Shown one piece after another: positions 28,907 through 37,828 of a stretch of 64,000 nucleotides of DNA. Position 1 is the first letter of the stretch; each line of letters begins with the position of its first letter. The notes below the pieces were generated by a model, which searched no databases, had not been told where the DNA came from, and was given only the letters and a program-made list of their open reading frames with translations. Origin of the DNA: Candidatus Bathyarchaeia archaeon (lineage in GTDB: Archaea; Thermoproteota; Bathyarchaeia; Bathyarchaeales; Bathycorpusculaceae); contig JAVYUU010000004.1 in NCBI GenBank assembly GCA_038728085.1, positions 20,674 to 84,673 on the forward strand, written 5' to 3'. Both the position numbers and the translations under genes were made by a program.

Positions 28907-28966
28907 CCTATGGCTTAATTGTTTTCTCACGAAAGTTTTATGTGAACTTTAGCTTAAACCTATAGG
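28907..28966. promoter_or_regulatory. imperfect inverted repeat in divergent thiolase promoter region (CCTATGGCTTAA ... TTAAACCTATAGG)
   Basis: The two arms (28907-28918 and 28954-28966) match 11 of 13 positions as reverse complements. They lie between the divergent genes starting at 28850 (-) and 28998 (+). Confidence 0.25.
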
Positions 28967-28997
28967 CTCTAAAAACTGGAGAAGGAAGGGAAAGGTT

Positions 28998-30155
28998 ATG
29001 AGTAGGGTTGCCATTGTTGGTGTTGGATGTGTTGGCTTTAGACCAATGACGCTTGAGCTATCCTTTAAGGAGTTGATGTTTGAGGCGGCTGTTAAAGCCT
29101 ATGAGGATGCCGGCGGATTAAACCCGCGGAAGGACGTAGATGTTTTCGTGACGTGCGCCGAGGATTATTTGGAGGGCTTCAGCATATTTGACGAGTTTGT
29201 CCCAGACCAGCTTGGCGCAGCCATGCGCCCATTGTTCACGGTTTCAGGCGATGGAATGCTTGGACTGGCAACAGCCTACATGCTGATAAAGACTGGGCAA
29301 TTTGACACTGTTGTTGTAGAGGCACACAGCAAGGCCTCGGACATTTTAACATACATGGATATTGTGCAGTTTGGGTTAGACCCAATTTTCAATAGACCTT
29401 TGGGTGGTCATCCTTACTATGTTGCGGGTTTGGAGATGAACCGCTATCTACATGATACGGGCACAACGGAGGAGCAATGCGCGCAGGTTGTTGTCAAAAA
29501 TAGGAGGAACGCCATACTTAACCCTCATGCGGCTTATGGGGCGGAGGTATCAATTGACCAGGTTATGGGCTCTGAGAGGCTTTTCCATCCATTGAAAAGG
29601 TTGGAGATCAGCATTCCAGCTGACGGCTGCATAGTCATGGTTTTAGCCTCTGAAGGGGTTGCTGAAAAGCTTACGGACAAGCCCATCTGGGTTAGGGGCA
29701 TTGGCTGGTGCACGGAAACTCCAAGCCTTGAAACCCGCGACTGGACGAGAGCCGTTTACACGCGGCTAGCAGCCGAAATGGCCTACAAGGAGGCGAAGAT
29801 CACTAATCCATGGCGGGACATAGACTTCGCCGAAGTCCACGACTTGTTCGCCTACAAGGAGCTCCAGCACATGGAAGCCCTCAAACTATGCGACTATGGC
29901 GAGGCTGGAAAACTAACCGAGGAAGGCCTAACAGCCTTGAACGGAGAGCTTCCCATAAACCCGTCTGGCGGGCTTCTTGGAATGGGCTATGGGTTAGAGG
30001 CTTCTGGACTGCAAAAAGTTTTGGAAGTTGTTCTGCAATTGCGAGGCGAGGCTGGCGCAAGGCAAATTGACAACGTTGAGGTGGGCCTAGCCCATACATG
30101 GCGGGGGATTCCAACGGCAACAGGCGCCGTAGCCATATTAAGCAGTGTCAAATAG
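28998..30155 (+). CDS. thiolase-fold protein lacking the nucleophilic Cys (Cys->Ser by hand alignment)
   Basis: The overall SCP-x thiolase layout is present (MSRVAIVGVG..., VVEAHSKAS, FAEVHDLFAYKEL, NPSGGLLGMGYGLEASG). However, VSGDG replaces AACSS, and Tyr replaces the His of the GHP motif. Confidence 0.8.
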   Translation: MSRVAIVGVGCVGFRPMTLELSFKELMFEAAVKAYEDAGGLNPRKDVDVFVTCAEDYLEGFSIFDEFVPDQLGAAMRPLFTVSGDGMLGLATAYMLIKTGQFDTVVVEAHSKASDILTYMDIVQFGLDPIFNRPLGGHPYYVAGLEMNRYLHDTGTTEEQCAQVVVKNRRNAILNPHAAYGAEVSIDQVMGSERLFHPLKRLEISIPADGCIVMVLASEGVAEKLTDKPIWVRGIGWCTETPSLETRDWTRAVYTRLAAEMAYKEAKITNPWRDIDFAEVHDLFAYKELQHMEALKLCDYGEAGKLTEEGLTALNGELPINPSGGLLGMGYGLEASGLQKVLEVVLQLRGEAGARQIDNVEVGLAHTWRGIPTATGAVAILSSVK

Positions 30156-30162
30156 GAGGTGG

Positions 30163-31335
30163 ATGGACATGTTTGGGAAAAAGCGTGTAGCCATAGTTGG
30201 TGCCGGTGTAACTCTTTTCAGGCGGAATCTGAAGGAAACAGGGAAGGAATTGGCTTATCACGCGGCGAAGATGGCTCTTGAACAGGCTGGAATGGAGCTT
30301 CGCGACATCCAAAGCGTAGTGATGGGATCTGCGCCAGACGCTTTTGACGGAGTTCACATGAAGGGTGAGTATTTGGCTGACGGCGCCGGAGCATACCACA
30401 AGCCATACATGAGGGTTTTCGTGGGCGGCGGCACAGGCGTGTTTGCGCCCATAGCCGGCTGGTGGCATGTCGCCTCTGGACAATTTGACACTTGTCTGGT
30501 GGTGTGTGAAGAGAAAATGTCGTCTTGTTATCCGCACCCGCAATATGCTTTCACAACGATATTTGACCCCATTCTCGAGCGGCCCATCGGCATGAACCTC
30601 ATTTGGATTTTCGCCTTGGAAATGAACCGTTACATGCACAAGCACAACATTAAGAAGGAGGATATAGCCCTTGTCTCGGTTAAAAACAAGCGGAATGCCC
30701 TTGACAACCCCATTGCCCAGTTGGGCGCCAACATAACCGTGGAGGACGTTTTAAACTCGGAGATTATGGCTTGGCCTGTTCAACGCTTGGATGTAAGCCC
30801 CACAAGTGATGGGGCAGCCGCCGTTGTGCTTGTTTCCGAAGACGTTGCTAAAGAGGTCACGGACAACCCCATTTGGATTGACGGTGTAGGCTGGTGCATA
30901 GACTCCACCCACTGGACGAACCGAGACCTATACTATCCGGATTATGTGGAGTATGCAGCTCGCATGGCTTATAAAATGGCTGGAATCAAGAATCCGCCGA
31001 AGGAAATTGACGTGGCTGAACCCTATGACCCCTTCGACTATAAGGAGCTTCACCACATGGAAGGCTTGCTATTATGCAAGAAGGGCGAAGCGCCAAAGCT
31101 CACCAAGGAAGGAGTAACCCAAAGGGACGGCGACTTGCCTATTTGTCCATCCGGCGGGCTTTTGGGATGCGGAAACCCCATTGCAGCGGCTGGTTTAATG
31201 AAGGTTTGCGAGATCTTCTGGCAGCTACGGGGTGAAGCTGGCAAGCGACAGGTGCCCGGAGACCCACGCACTGGCTTGGCGCAGGCTTGGGGCGACCTCA
31301 TGCAGTATGGCTCGGTAATAGTGTTAAGGCGTTAA
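30163..31335 (+). CDS. thiolase-fold protein lacking the nucleophilic Cys (Cys->Gly by hand alignment)
   Basis: VGGGTG occupies the nucleophile position, and GCGNPIAAAG replaces GHPxGATG. GGAGG lies upstream. The start could be 30163 or 30169; the listed 30145 overlaps the previous gene. Confidence 0.8.
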   Translation: MDMFGKKRVAIVGAGVTLFRRNLKETGKELAYHAAKMALEQAGMELRDIQSVVMGSAPDAFDGVHMKGEYLADGAGAYHKPYMRVFVGGGTGVFAPIAGWWHVASGQFDTCLVVCEEKMSSCYPHPQYAFTTIFDPILERPIGMNLIWIFALEMNRYMHKHNIKKEDIALVSVKNKRNALDNPIAQLGANITVEDVLNSEIMAWPVQRLDVSPTSDGAAAVVLVSEDVAKEVTDNPIWIDGVGWCIDSTHWTNRDLYYPDYVEYAARMAYKMAGIKNPPKEIDVAEPYDPFDYKELHHMEGLLLCKKGEAPKLTKEGVTQRDGDLPICPSGGLLGCGNPIAAAGLMKVCEIFWQLRGEAGKRQVPGDPRTGLAQAWGDLMQYGSVIVLRR

Positions 31336-31352
31336 ATGGAGGTGATTAAGGA

Positions 31353-31868
31353 ATGAGCGTTAAAATTAAGCATTTTCCGGGAGAAGAGATTGAAACCAAA
31401 GACTTTCGTGAAGGCAAAGTTCTGTTTGAAAGTTTCCGTTCAAAGGCGAGGTATGCGTGGAGCGCTGGCATAGCCGTAAGCCGCTTCCTAGAAGAGCTGA
31501 AGAATGGGCGAATCCTCGCCTCCACATGCAGCAAGTGTGGGCGCATAATGGTTCCGCCGCGGATCTACTGCGAGAAATGCTTCAAGCCGACGGACGGCTG
31601 GACCTATGTGAAGGATACGGGCATCATCAACACATTCTCAGTTTCGTTTATAGCAGCCGATGCCTCTAGGCTGAAAGAGCCGGTAGTGGTGGCTGTCATA
31701 GAGTTGGACGACGCCTCACCGGGCATGGGTATAGTCCACTGGCTAGGCGAATATGGCGATTGGCGTGAAATCAAAATCGGCATGCGTGTCCAAGCTGTCT
31801 GGAAGCCTCCGGAAGAACGCACGGGCGCCATCACCGACATAAAGTACTTTAAGCCCTTGAAGGAGTGA
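31353..31868 (+). CDS. DUF35 (Zn-ribbon + OB-fold) protein
   Basis: It has the zinc ribbon CSKCGRIMVPPRIYCEKC plus an OB-fold C-terminus ending in DIKYFKP. Confidence 0.8.
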   Translation: MSVKIKHFPGEEIETKDFREGKVLFESFRSKARYAWSAGIAVSRFLEELKNGRILASTCSKCGRIMVPPRIYCEKCFKPTDGWTYVKDTGIINTFSVSFIAADASRLKEPVVVAVIELDDASPGMGIVHWLGEYGDWREIKIGMRVQAVWKPPEERTGAITDIKYFKPLKE

Positions 31869-31874
31869 AAAGCC

Positions 31875-32345
31875 ATGAGCCTTGAAAAGATAACCAATCC
31901 GTTAAACGCACGCCACTGGCTAGGCCACATGGAAACCGACTACCGTTACACGTTAGGCGTGGCTGGCGAACGCTTCTTGAAGGAAATTAAGGAGAACGCC
32001 CGCATAATGGGTGCTAAATGTCCCAAATGCGGCGTAGTCTTTGTCCCGCCAAGGCTTTACTGCGAAAAGTGTTTTGCCAAACTTGAAGAGTGGGTGGATG
32101 TCGGCACACGCGGCGAAGTCTACACGTACACGATTGCCACTATAGACGTGGATGGCAAAAAGCTGGAGAAACCGCAGATGTACGCGCTCATAAAGTTTGA
32201 GGGCGCCCACGGCGGATTAATCCACCGCCTAGGCGAAACAGACAAGGTCTACATCGGCATGAAGGTGGAAGCGGTCTTCAAACCGCCAGCCGAGCGGAAA
32301 GCCTCCATAAACGACATAGCCTACTTCAAACCAGTAGAACATTAA
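31875..32345 (+). CDS. DUF35 (Zn-ribbon + OB-fold) protein
   Basis: It has the zinc ribbon CPKCGVVFVPPRLYCEKC plus an OB-fold C-terminus ending in DIAYFKP. Confidence 0.8.
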   Translation: MSLEKITNPLNARHWLGHMETDYRYTLGVAGERFLKEIKENARIMGAKCPKCGVVFVPPRLYCEKCFAKLEEWVDVGTRGEVYTYTIATIDVDGKKLEKPQMYALIKFEGAHGGLIHRLGETDKVYIGMKVEAVFKPPAERKASINDIAYFKPVEH

Positions 32346-32547
32346 ACCCCAGCCTCTCATATTTTTTAAAGTCAAATTTGTTGCCGTCGACGAATTACAA
32401 AATTGATAGCCCCCTCTAGAATTTTGTGCTAACCTTAGATTATTTGAGGTTATGTTTTCAGCTGTTAAGCTTTCTTTAATGTCAGTGACGTATGTGAGGA
32501 AAGTTTATCTTTTTTCCTTCCCAGTAAACTGAGAGGTTTCAGGGCGA

Positions 32548-33408
32548 TTGAACCTATTAACGTGGTTTGATCCTTGGCGTTCACCGCTTTGCACTTGCCC
32601 GCCAAAGTTGACCTTTAATCCTTACACTGGATGCGACCACCGCTGCGTTTACTGTTACGCCACCAGCTATATTCGGCGCTTTTACGAGTGCCGCCCTAAA
32701 AAAGACTTAGTTTTAAGGCTGAAGCGGGAGGCTGCTAAACTGAAGGGCGAGCTTGTTTCCATTTCGAATTCCTCAGACCCTTATCCAACAATCGAGGCTG
32801 AAACTGGTTTGACTAGGCAGTGCCTCCAAGTTTTGGCGGAATGCAACTGTCGAATCCAAATAATAACAAAGTCAAATATCGTTCTAAGGGATATAGACCT
32901 CCTAAAGCGGGTTCCATCCATGGTGGCTTTAACCATAACCACGGATGATGCGGAAACAGCCAGAATCCTTGAGCCTTATGCACCGCTGCCCGCTGAACGC
33001 CTAAAAACAGCTGAAAGGCTTTTGGCTGAGGGCATACCGGTGGCAGTGCGCATAGACCCCATAATTCCCTACGTGAACGAGAATCCGGAGTCGCTGGTTA
33101 AAGCCTTAGCCGAATTAGGTGTTCCCCATATTACGGCTTCCACCTATAAGGTTAGGATGGACAATTGGCAGAGACTAAGCTTAGCCATGCCAAAAATCGC
33201 CGAAAAACTAAAACCACTATACTTTGAGAAGGGCGAAAAAATGGCGCGGTACATTTACCTGCCAAAAGAGCTGAGGCTTAGGCTCTTGGAGAACCTGGCA
33301 AAGCTGGCCAAAAAATATGGTTTGAAGTTTGCGATATGCCGTGAGGGCTTAAGGGGATTAAATACGGCTATCTGCGACGGCTCATGGCTTATTAAAGAGG
33401 GACGTTAA
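32548..33408 (+). CDS. radical SAM protein, SplB/COG1533-like
   Basis: NPYTGCDHRCVYCYA is a CxxxCxxC motif. The 286-aa protein is a paralog of 34715..35458. Confidence 0.75.
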   Translation: MNLLTWFDPWRSPLCTCPPKLTFNPYTGCDHRCVYCYATSYIRRFYECRPKKDLVLRLKREAAKLKGELVSISNSSDPYPTIEAETGLTRQCLQVLAECNCRIQIITKSNIVLRDIDLLKRVPSMVALTITTDDAETARILEPYAPLPAERLKTAERLLAEGIPVAVRIDPIIPYVNENPESLVKALAELGVPHITASTYKVRMDNWQRLSLAMPKIAEKLKPLYFEKGEKMARYIYLPKELRLRLLENLAKLAKKYGLKFAICREGLRGLNTAICDGSWLIKEGR

Positions 33409-33411
33409 ATG

Positions 33412-33822
33412 CTACCAAAACCCGCCCTTCGAAACTATTTTAACCTCCGCCTCCAGAGAGCCTAAACCCGCCGTTGCAAAGGCGAAGTTATACCGTCCGC
33501 TTGCCAGCCTTATCCAGTCGCTAGTGTAGGTTGTTTGGCCGCCCTGCGAGGCTGTGTGGCTCCAAACAGCATCTTCGCCATCCAAAATCCTAGCCGTCCA
33601 CAAGGCGTTGCCGCTACTGACATGCACTTCCACCCGCACATATTCATGGAGAAACGGAACCTCAAACTCGACACGCTTAACATCAGCGCCTATAGTGAAG
33701 GAAACAGTGAAGGCAATTAGAACCCTCGGGTAGGTGAGCGCCAAATAGGCGACAAAAACCCCAATAATCATGAGTATAGCCGCCATAACCGCAACCTTTC
33801 TTGATGATATTGTCAAAGTCAA
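33412..33822 (-). CDS. hypothetical membrane-anchored protein
   Basis: It has an N-terminal TM segment (VAVMAAILMIIGVFVAYLAL) followed by a beta-rich domain. Confidence 0.5.
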   Translation of the reverse strand: MTLTISSRKVAVMAAILMIIGVFVAYLALTYPRVLIAFTVSFTIGADVKRVEFEVPFLHEYVRVEVHVSSGNALWTARILDGEDAVWSHTASQGGQTTYTSDWIRLASGRYNFAFATAGLGSLEAEVKIVSKGGFW

Positions 33823-33908
33823 ACCTCCATTTCAAACTCGGCTTCGGAACAATGTCTGATTCCCGGGAGATCATTATCTAGATTGTGAAGACAAAATCAA
33901 AATTAACG

Positions 33909-34118
33909 CTAAACAGACGCCAAACCAGCCAAAGCAACAACCATGAGAATTGCCCCCGCAAAAATCAAGATGACAGCTAAACCCATAACGAAAATCGCCC
34001 ATGGATTAATCGCAAAAAGCACATTTGAGCCATGCGACATGAGCAGTATGCCAATAACTACAAGAACAAACGCTAAAAGGAGAGTCCTCAAAGAGAGCCT
34101 TTCCCTAATGCTCACCAA
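33909..34118 (-). CDS. hypothetical small membrane protein
   Basis: The 69-aa ORF has two hydrophobic helices. Confidence 0.4.
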   Translation of the reverse strand: MVSIRERLSLRTLLLAFVLVVIGILLMSHGSNVLFAINPWAIFVMGLAVILIFAGAILMVVALAGLASV

Positions 34119-34225
34119 ACCACCTTAAACAGCCAAACACTAGCTCGCCTTGCACTGTTAAAACTTTCGAACCGCTGATGGCAAGTGTTAAATTCTGTGG
34201 CGGCTAAAGAATGGACGGTGAGTAA

Positions 34226-34674
34226 ATGTCAAAACCAAAGGATAAAGATGAGGAGATACTACAGGTTTTAAAGGAAATTAAAGCCCTATTAGAGCCCAAG
34301 CCGCCACCTCCACCGCCGCCACCGCCAAAAGGCCTTTGGAATGAATTCATAGATTTCATTTAAAATATAAGGTGTTAGGACTTGCCGTGGCCTTCATTAT
34401 GGGCATGTATGTCGGCCAAGTTGTGCAATCCCTCGTCAAGGATATACTGATGCCACTGATAGGGCTTGCGATTCCCGGACTTGGAAACTTATCCACTTAT
34501 AAAATTGCTGTTCCACCGACAGCTTTGGACGCTGAAGGCAAGCCGCTGGATCCAAAGTGGACGGGGCAACTCTTCGGCGTCGGAAATTTCCTTGTATCAA
34601 TAATAACCTTCATAATAGTGGCCTTCGTAATCTTCTTAATAGTGAAAATCACTAAAAAATGGGGAATTGAGTAA
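34226..34674 (+). pseudogene. mscL: large-conductance mechanosensitive channel MscL, interrupted by a frameshift at 34359-34365; N-terminal poly-Pro extension
   Basis: An unlisted 45-codon ORF (34226..34363) ends ...PPPPPPPPPKGLWNEFIDFI*. The listed ORF (34372..) continues VLGLAVAFIMGMYVGQVVQSLVKDILMPLIGL. Together these match the MscL N-terminus (EFxxFxxxGNVxDLAVGxxxGxxFxxxVxSLVxDIxMPxxG). Adding one T to the T3 run restores the frame. Confidence 0.8.
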
Positions 34675-34714
34675 GGCTTTTCGCAGATCCCCCTTCTATT
34701 TCTTGTGAAAAGGC

Positions 34715-35458
34715 ATGATTGTTAGGGAAATTTACGCCAAAAGCATCCTATCCAAGTCGAAGGTTTTAGATTATGTTGTTAATCCCTACGTTGGATGCGA
34801 GCACGGCTGCACTTACTGCTATGCCCGCTATGTCAAGCGTTTCACCGGGCACACTGAGCCATGGGGCGAGTTTGTGGACGTAAAAGTTAACGCGCCAACG
34901 CTGCTTCAATGGGAAACCCGCCGCAAAAAGGTTGGAAGGGTTTGGATTAGCGGACTCTGCGATCCCTATCAGCCTCTGGAAAGGCAATACAACCTAACAA
35001 GGAGGTGCCTCGAAGTATTGTTGAAGAGGAATTGGCCAATCACAATACAGACGAAGTCAACCCTTGTGCTGCGTGACATAGACCTTTTAAGGGGACATGA
35101 CAACGTTGAGGTTGTCCTAACCATTACAACGGCAGATGAGGGTATCAAGCGGATTTTCGAACCAAAAGCTCCCTCCATAAAGGAGCGATTGGACACCTTG
35201 GAGAGGTTGCATTTGGCCGGTGTGAAAACATGTGTTATGATTGCGCCTATGCTTCCGGGGGTTGAGGGCCTAATTGAGAAGATTGTCGGAAAGGTGGATC
35301 ATGTGCTGGTTGATAGAATGAACTATCACTATGCGGACTGGGTTTACAGGCGGCATGGTCTCGAATACGCAATGACCGACAAGTACTTTCAGCGAAAGAA
35401 AGTGGAAATAGCCCGACTTCTCGAGCGGGAGGGGATACCCTACGAATTCGAATTTTAA
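34715..35458 (+). CDS. radical SAM protein, SplB/COG1533-like
   Basis: NPYVGCEHGCTYCYA is present in this 247-aa protein. LVLRDIDLL is shared with its paralog. Confidence 0.75.
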   Translation: MIVREIYAKSILSKSKVLDYVVNPYVGCEHGCTYCYARYVKRFTGHTEPWGEFVDVKVNAPTLLQWETRRKKVGRVWISGLCDPYQPLERQYNLTRRCLEVLLKRNWPITIQTKSTLVLRDIDLLRGHDNVEVVLTITTADEGIKRIFEPKAPSIKERLDTLERLHLAGVKTCVMIAPMLPGVEGLIEKIVGKVDHVLVDRMNYHYADWVYRRHGLEYAMTDKYFQRKKVEIARLLEREGIPYEFEF

Positions 35459-35482
35459 GCGGAGAGTAAAGGTTATTTCGGC

Positions 35483-36067
35483 GTGAATTCTGGCTTGTTG
35501 TGTATGAACCCCCACTATGTTAGGCTTAGACTCGGAGAGAAAACCCGTTTTAAATGCTTAAGATGCGGGCGGTGCTGCGGCAGCGGACCGAATGTTGGAC
35601 TTACGGCCTTCGACATACAGCGAATGGCCCAATTCCTAAATGTGGACTGGCATGAGCTTAAGGGAAAATATGTTGTGGCAGTTATAGCCGACATGGTAGC
35701 GGTTCCAACCCTCCGTGGCAGAGTGGACGGCACATGCATTTTCCTCGAATACAAAGATGGACAACCCTCATGTAGCATTTATCCAGCCCGTCCCATGAGG
35801 TGTAGGCTTTACCCCTTCATGCCCTACAGTCCAAGCAACAGCGAAACAATTTATTTGGACACTTGCTGTCCCGGGTTGAACGCTGAAACGGAAACAGAGC
35901 CTCCGTGGGAAACCCTCAAAGAATACTACTTCGAGGTTAAACTCCACTATGCAAGGCTCTACACCCTCATATTCCAAGAGGGATGCGAACCCCTAGAGGC
36001 GCTGGAGAAAACCATTGAGGACTGTACAAAGGAGAAGGCTTCCCTCCTCTCCATGAAAGCATTTTAA
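35483..36067 (+). CDS. YkgJ/UPF0153-type Cys-cluster (CxxCxxCC) protein
   Basis: FKCLRCGRCCGSG and later Cys residues (CSIYPARPMRCRLYP) are present. The start may be the internal Met (MNPHY...). Confidence 0.65.
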   Translation: MNSGLLCMNPHYVRLRLGEKTRFKCLRCGRCCGSGPNVGLTAFDIQRMAQFLNVDWHELKGKYVVAVIADMVAVPTLRGRVDGTCIFLEYKDGQPSCSIYPARPMRCRLYPFMPYSPSNSETIYLDTCCPGLNAETETEPPWETLKEYYFEVKLHYARLYTLIFQEGCEPLEALEKTIEDCTKEKASLLSMKAF

Positions 36068-36096
36068 ACCCCACGGCTTATCAGTCTTGGGGAACC

Positions 36097-36555
36097 ATGT
36101 TGTTATTAGTGAATGACGTTATGGTGACAGACGTCGTCACCGTTGAGTCCCACGTCGACGTTAAAAGAGCTGTAAGAGTTATGAACGACTTTGAGATTGG
36201 CTGCTTAATCGTGGTTGAAGCAGGCCGCGTGATCGGCATCCTAACCGAAAGAGATGTGCTTAAGCGGGTTGTGGACGAGGGGAGGAAACCCGAAGAAACC
36301 ACCGTAGGAGAAGTCATGTCTAAACCGCCAATAACCATAAGCCCGGATGCAGACCTCGAAACCGCCATAGCATTGATGTTCAAACATAAAATCAAGAAGC
36401 TTCCGGTGGTGGAGAACGGCAAACTCGTCGGGCTTGTCACGTTCACGGATCTTGTACGCGCCCAACCAGCCCTAATACAAACCATAAGGAGGCTTATGGA
36501 AACCCATGAGATACCCAAAAGCCTAAGCAAAGTCATAAAATACTACATTGTATAA
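36097..36555 (+). CDS. CBS domain pair protein
   Basis: It has two CBS repeats (VMVTDVVTV...IGCLIVVEAGRVIGILTERDVL and VMSKPPITI...IKKLPVVENGKLVGLVTFTDLV). Confidence 0.85.
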   Translation: MLLLVNDVMVTDVVTVESHVDVKRAVRVMNDFEIGCLIVVEAGRVIGILTERDVLKRVVDEGRKPEETTVGEVMSKPPITISPDADLETAIALMFKHKIKKLPVVENGKLVGLVTFTDLVRAQPALIQTIRRLMETHEIPKSLSKVIKYYIV

Positions 36556-36571
36556 CGTTGTATAACCGCAG

Positions 36572-36925
36572 TCATTGTTCAAAAATTTTTATTATGAACG
36601 CCTTTATTTCATCCATCGACGTGGCAACATCAACCATCAGCCTTCCAAGATCTGTAAGCCTATAAACCCTTTTCTTCCCTCTCCTCGCAACAAGCTTGAT
36701 TAGACCCTCCCTTTCCATAGAATACAACCTAGAATAAACCGTTCCCGGGCTCAAAAGCAGACCATGCTGCTTCTGAACAAAAGTTAAAACGTCGTAGCCG
36801 CTGAAAGATTTATCCCTAAAATGAGCCATTACAATGACATCTAAAAAACTTGTTACTATCCGCTCAATGAACTCTCTTTTCATTTTAGAAACGCCTGAAT
36901 TCCCAGCAGCACCAACCGACGCCAT
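36572..36925 (-). CDS. PadR-family transcriptional regulator
   Basis: FSGYDVLTFVQKQHGLLLSPGTVYSRLYSMEREGLIKLVARRGKKRVYRLTDLG fits the PadR winged helix. Confidence 0.8.
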   Translation of the reverse strand: MASVGAAGNSGVSKMKREFIERIVTSFLDVIVMAHFRDKSFSGYDVLTFVQKQHGLLLSPGTVYSRLYSMEREGLIKLVARRGKKRVYRLTDLGRLMVDVATSMDEIKAFIIKIFEQ

Positions 36926-36988
36926 AGTTGCTGACTAGTTGAGGACGCATATTATCTTTACCTAAAAGTTGGAATAGTCAATTTGAAA

Positions 36989-37064
36989 TGGTAGCCCGGG
37001 GGAGATTCGAACTCCCGTCAGGGGCTCCAGAGGCCCCCATGCTTGACCGCTACACCACCGGGCT
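36989..37064 (-). tRNA. tRNA-Gln (anticodon CTG), CCA encoded
   Basis: The reverse complement AGCCCGGTGGTGTAGCGGTCAAGCATGGGGGCCTCTGGAGCCCCTGACGGGAGTTCGAATCTCCCCCGGGCTACCA folds as a cloverleaf. The acceptor stem is AGCCCGG/CCGGGCT, the anticodon stem is GGGGC/GCCCC with loop CTCTGGA, and the T arm is GGGAG-TTCGAAT-CTCCC. Confidence 0.9.
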
Positions 37065-37104
37065 TCATGGCTACTGTGCATTAATCCAGCTCAAGATAAT
37101 AACT

Positions 37105-37656
37105 TTAACGTTTGTATTTCAACACAAATATGCCCGTTGTGGCTTGACATCCGGAGCAGATGAAGAATAGGGTCTCAAATCCCACCTTTGTGGCTATAAC
37201 CGTGGACAGTAGGGCAGCAGCCGCCTCTGTGATATCATATATGGATTCAAACATTCCAAGAATGGTGCCCCTCTTCTTTTTCTCGCCTAAATCCGCCACC
37301 AAGGCCAGTATGGATGGACGTTGCAGGGCGTAGGATATGCCAAACATGAATTCGATTATATATAGGCCTGTTATGTTTGGCACGTAAACATAGCCCAACG
37401 AGCAGAGAGCACCCATCATGACTCCGGCGCAGAAAACGCGTTCCATGCCATAAGTGTCCGCCAACTTCCCGGCAACAACCTTGAAGAGGGCTGCTACGCC
37501 GCAGAAGAGCGCGTATAAGAGGCCTACATCCATTACGGATGCGGAAAATCGGTTAATGACGAATATGGGGTATATGGGGCCTAGCAAGCCTACTCCTAAA
37601 GAGTATAGAGTACTCAAAGCTAGAGCTAGCATGAGCGTGCGGGATGACTTCAGCAT
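37105..37656 (-). CDS. half-size (about 6-TM) MFS-like membrane protein
   Basis: The 183-aa ORF is multi-TM and resembles one half of an MFS transporter (KVVAGKLADTYGMERV). It may be a truncated remnant. Confidence 0.5.
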   Translation of the reverse strand: MLKSSRTLMLALALSTLYSLGVGLLGPIYPIFVINRFSASVMDVGLLYALFCGVAALFKVVAGKLADTYGMERVFCAGVMMGALCSLGYVYVPNITGLYIIEFMFGISYALQRPSILALVADLGEKKKRGTILGMFESIYDITEAAAALLSTVIATKVGFETLFFICSGCQATTGIFVLKYKR

Positions 37657-37828
37657 GCATCCTTCCTCCTGCTGAAGTCACCGCGAAACCATAGACCACT
37701 TTATCCATACACATTTCCGAGTCGGCTTGCCTCCGGGCTTGGTGAAGAATCCCGATTAAGACATAAAAATAAACTTTTTGGTGAGGGTTAAGCCTCCGCC
37801 ACGCTGCAGTCCAAGCCCAATTGGCAGT

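Noticed and set aside
36081-36536. 151-aa minus-strand ORF nearly coextensive with the CBS gene
   Set aside because: The plus-strand product has two clear CBS repeats. The minus-strand product is Ser/Thr/Leu-rich shadow sequence.
37657-37828. Possible missing N-terminal half of the MFS-like gene upstream of 37656
   Set aside because: No hydrophobic ORF in any frame continues upstream, so the truncation cannot be reconstructed from this sequence.
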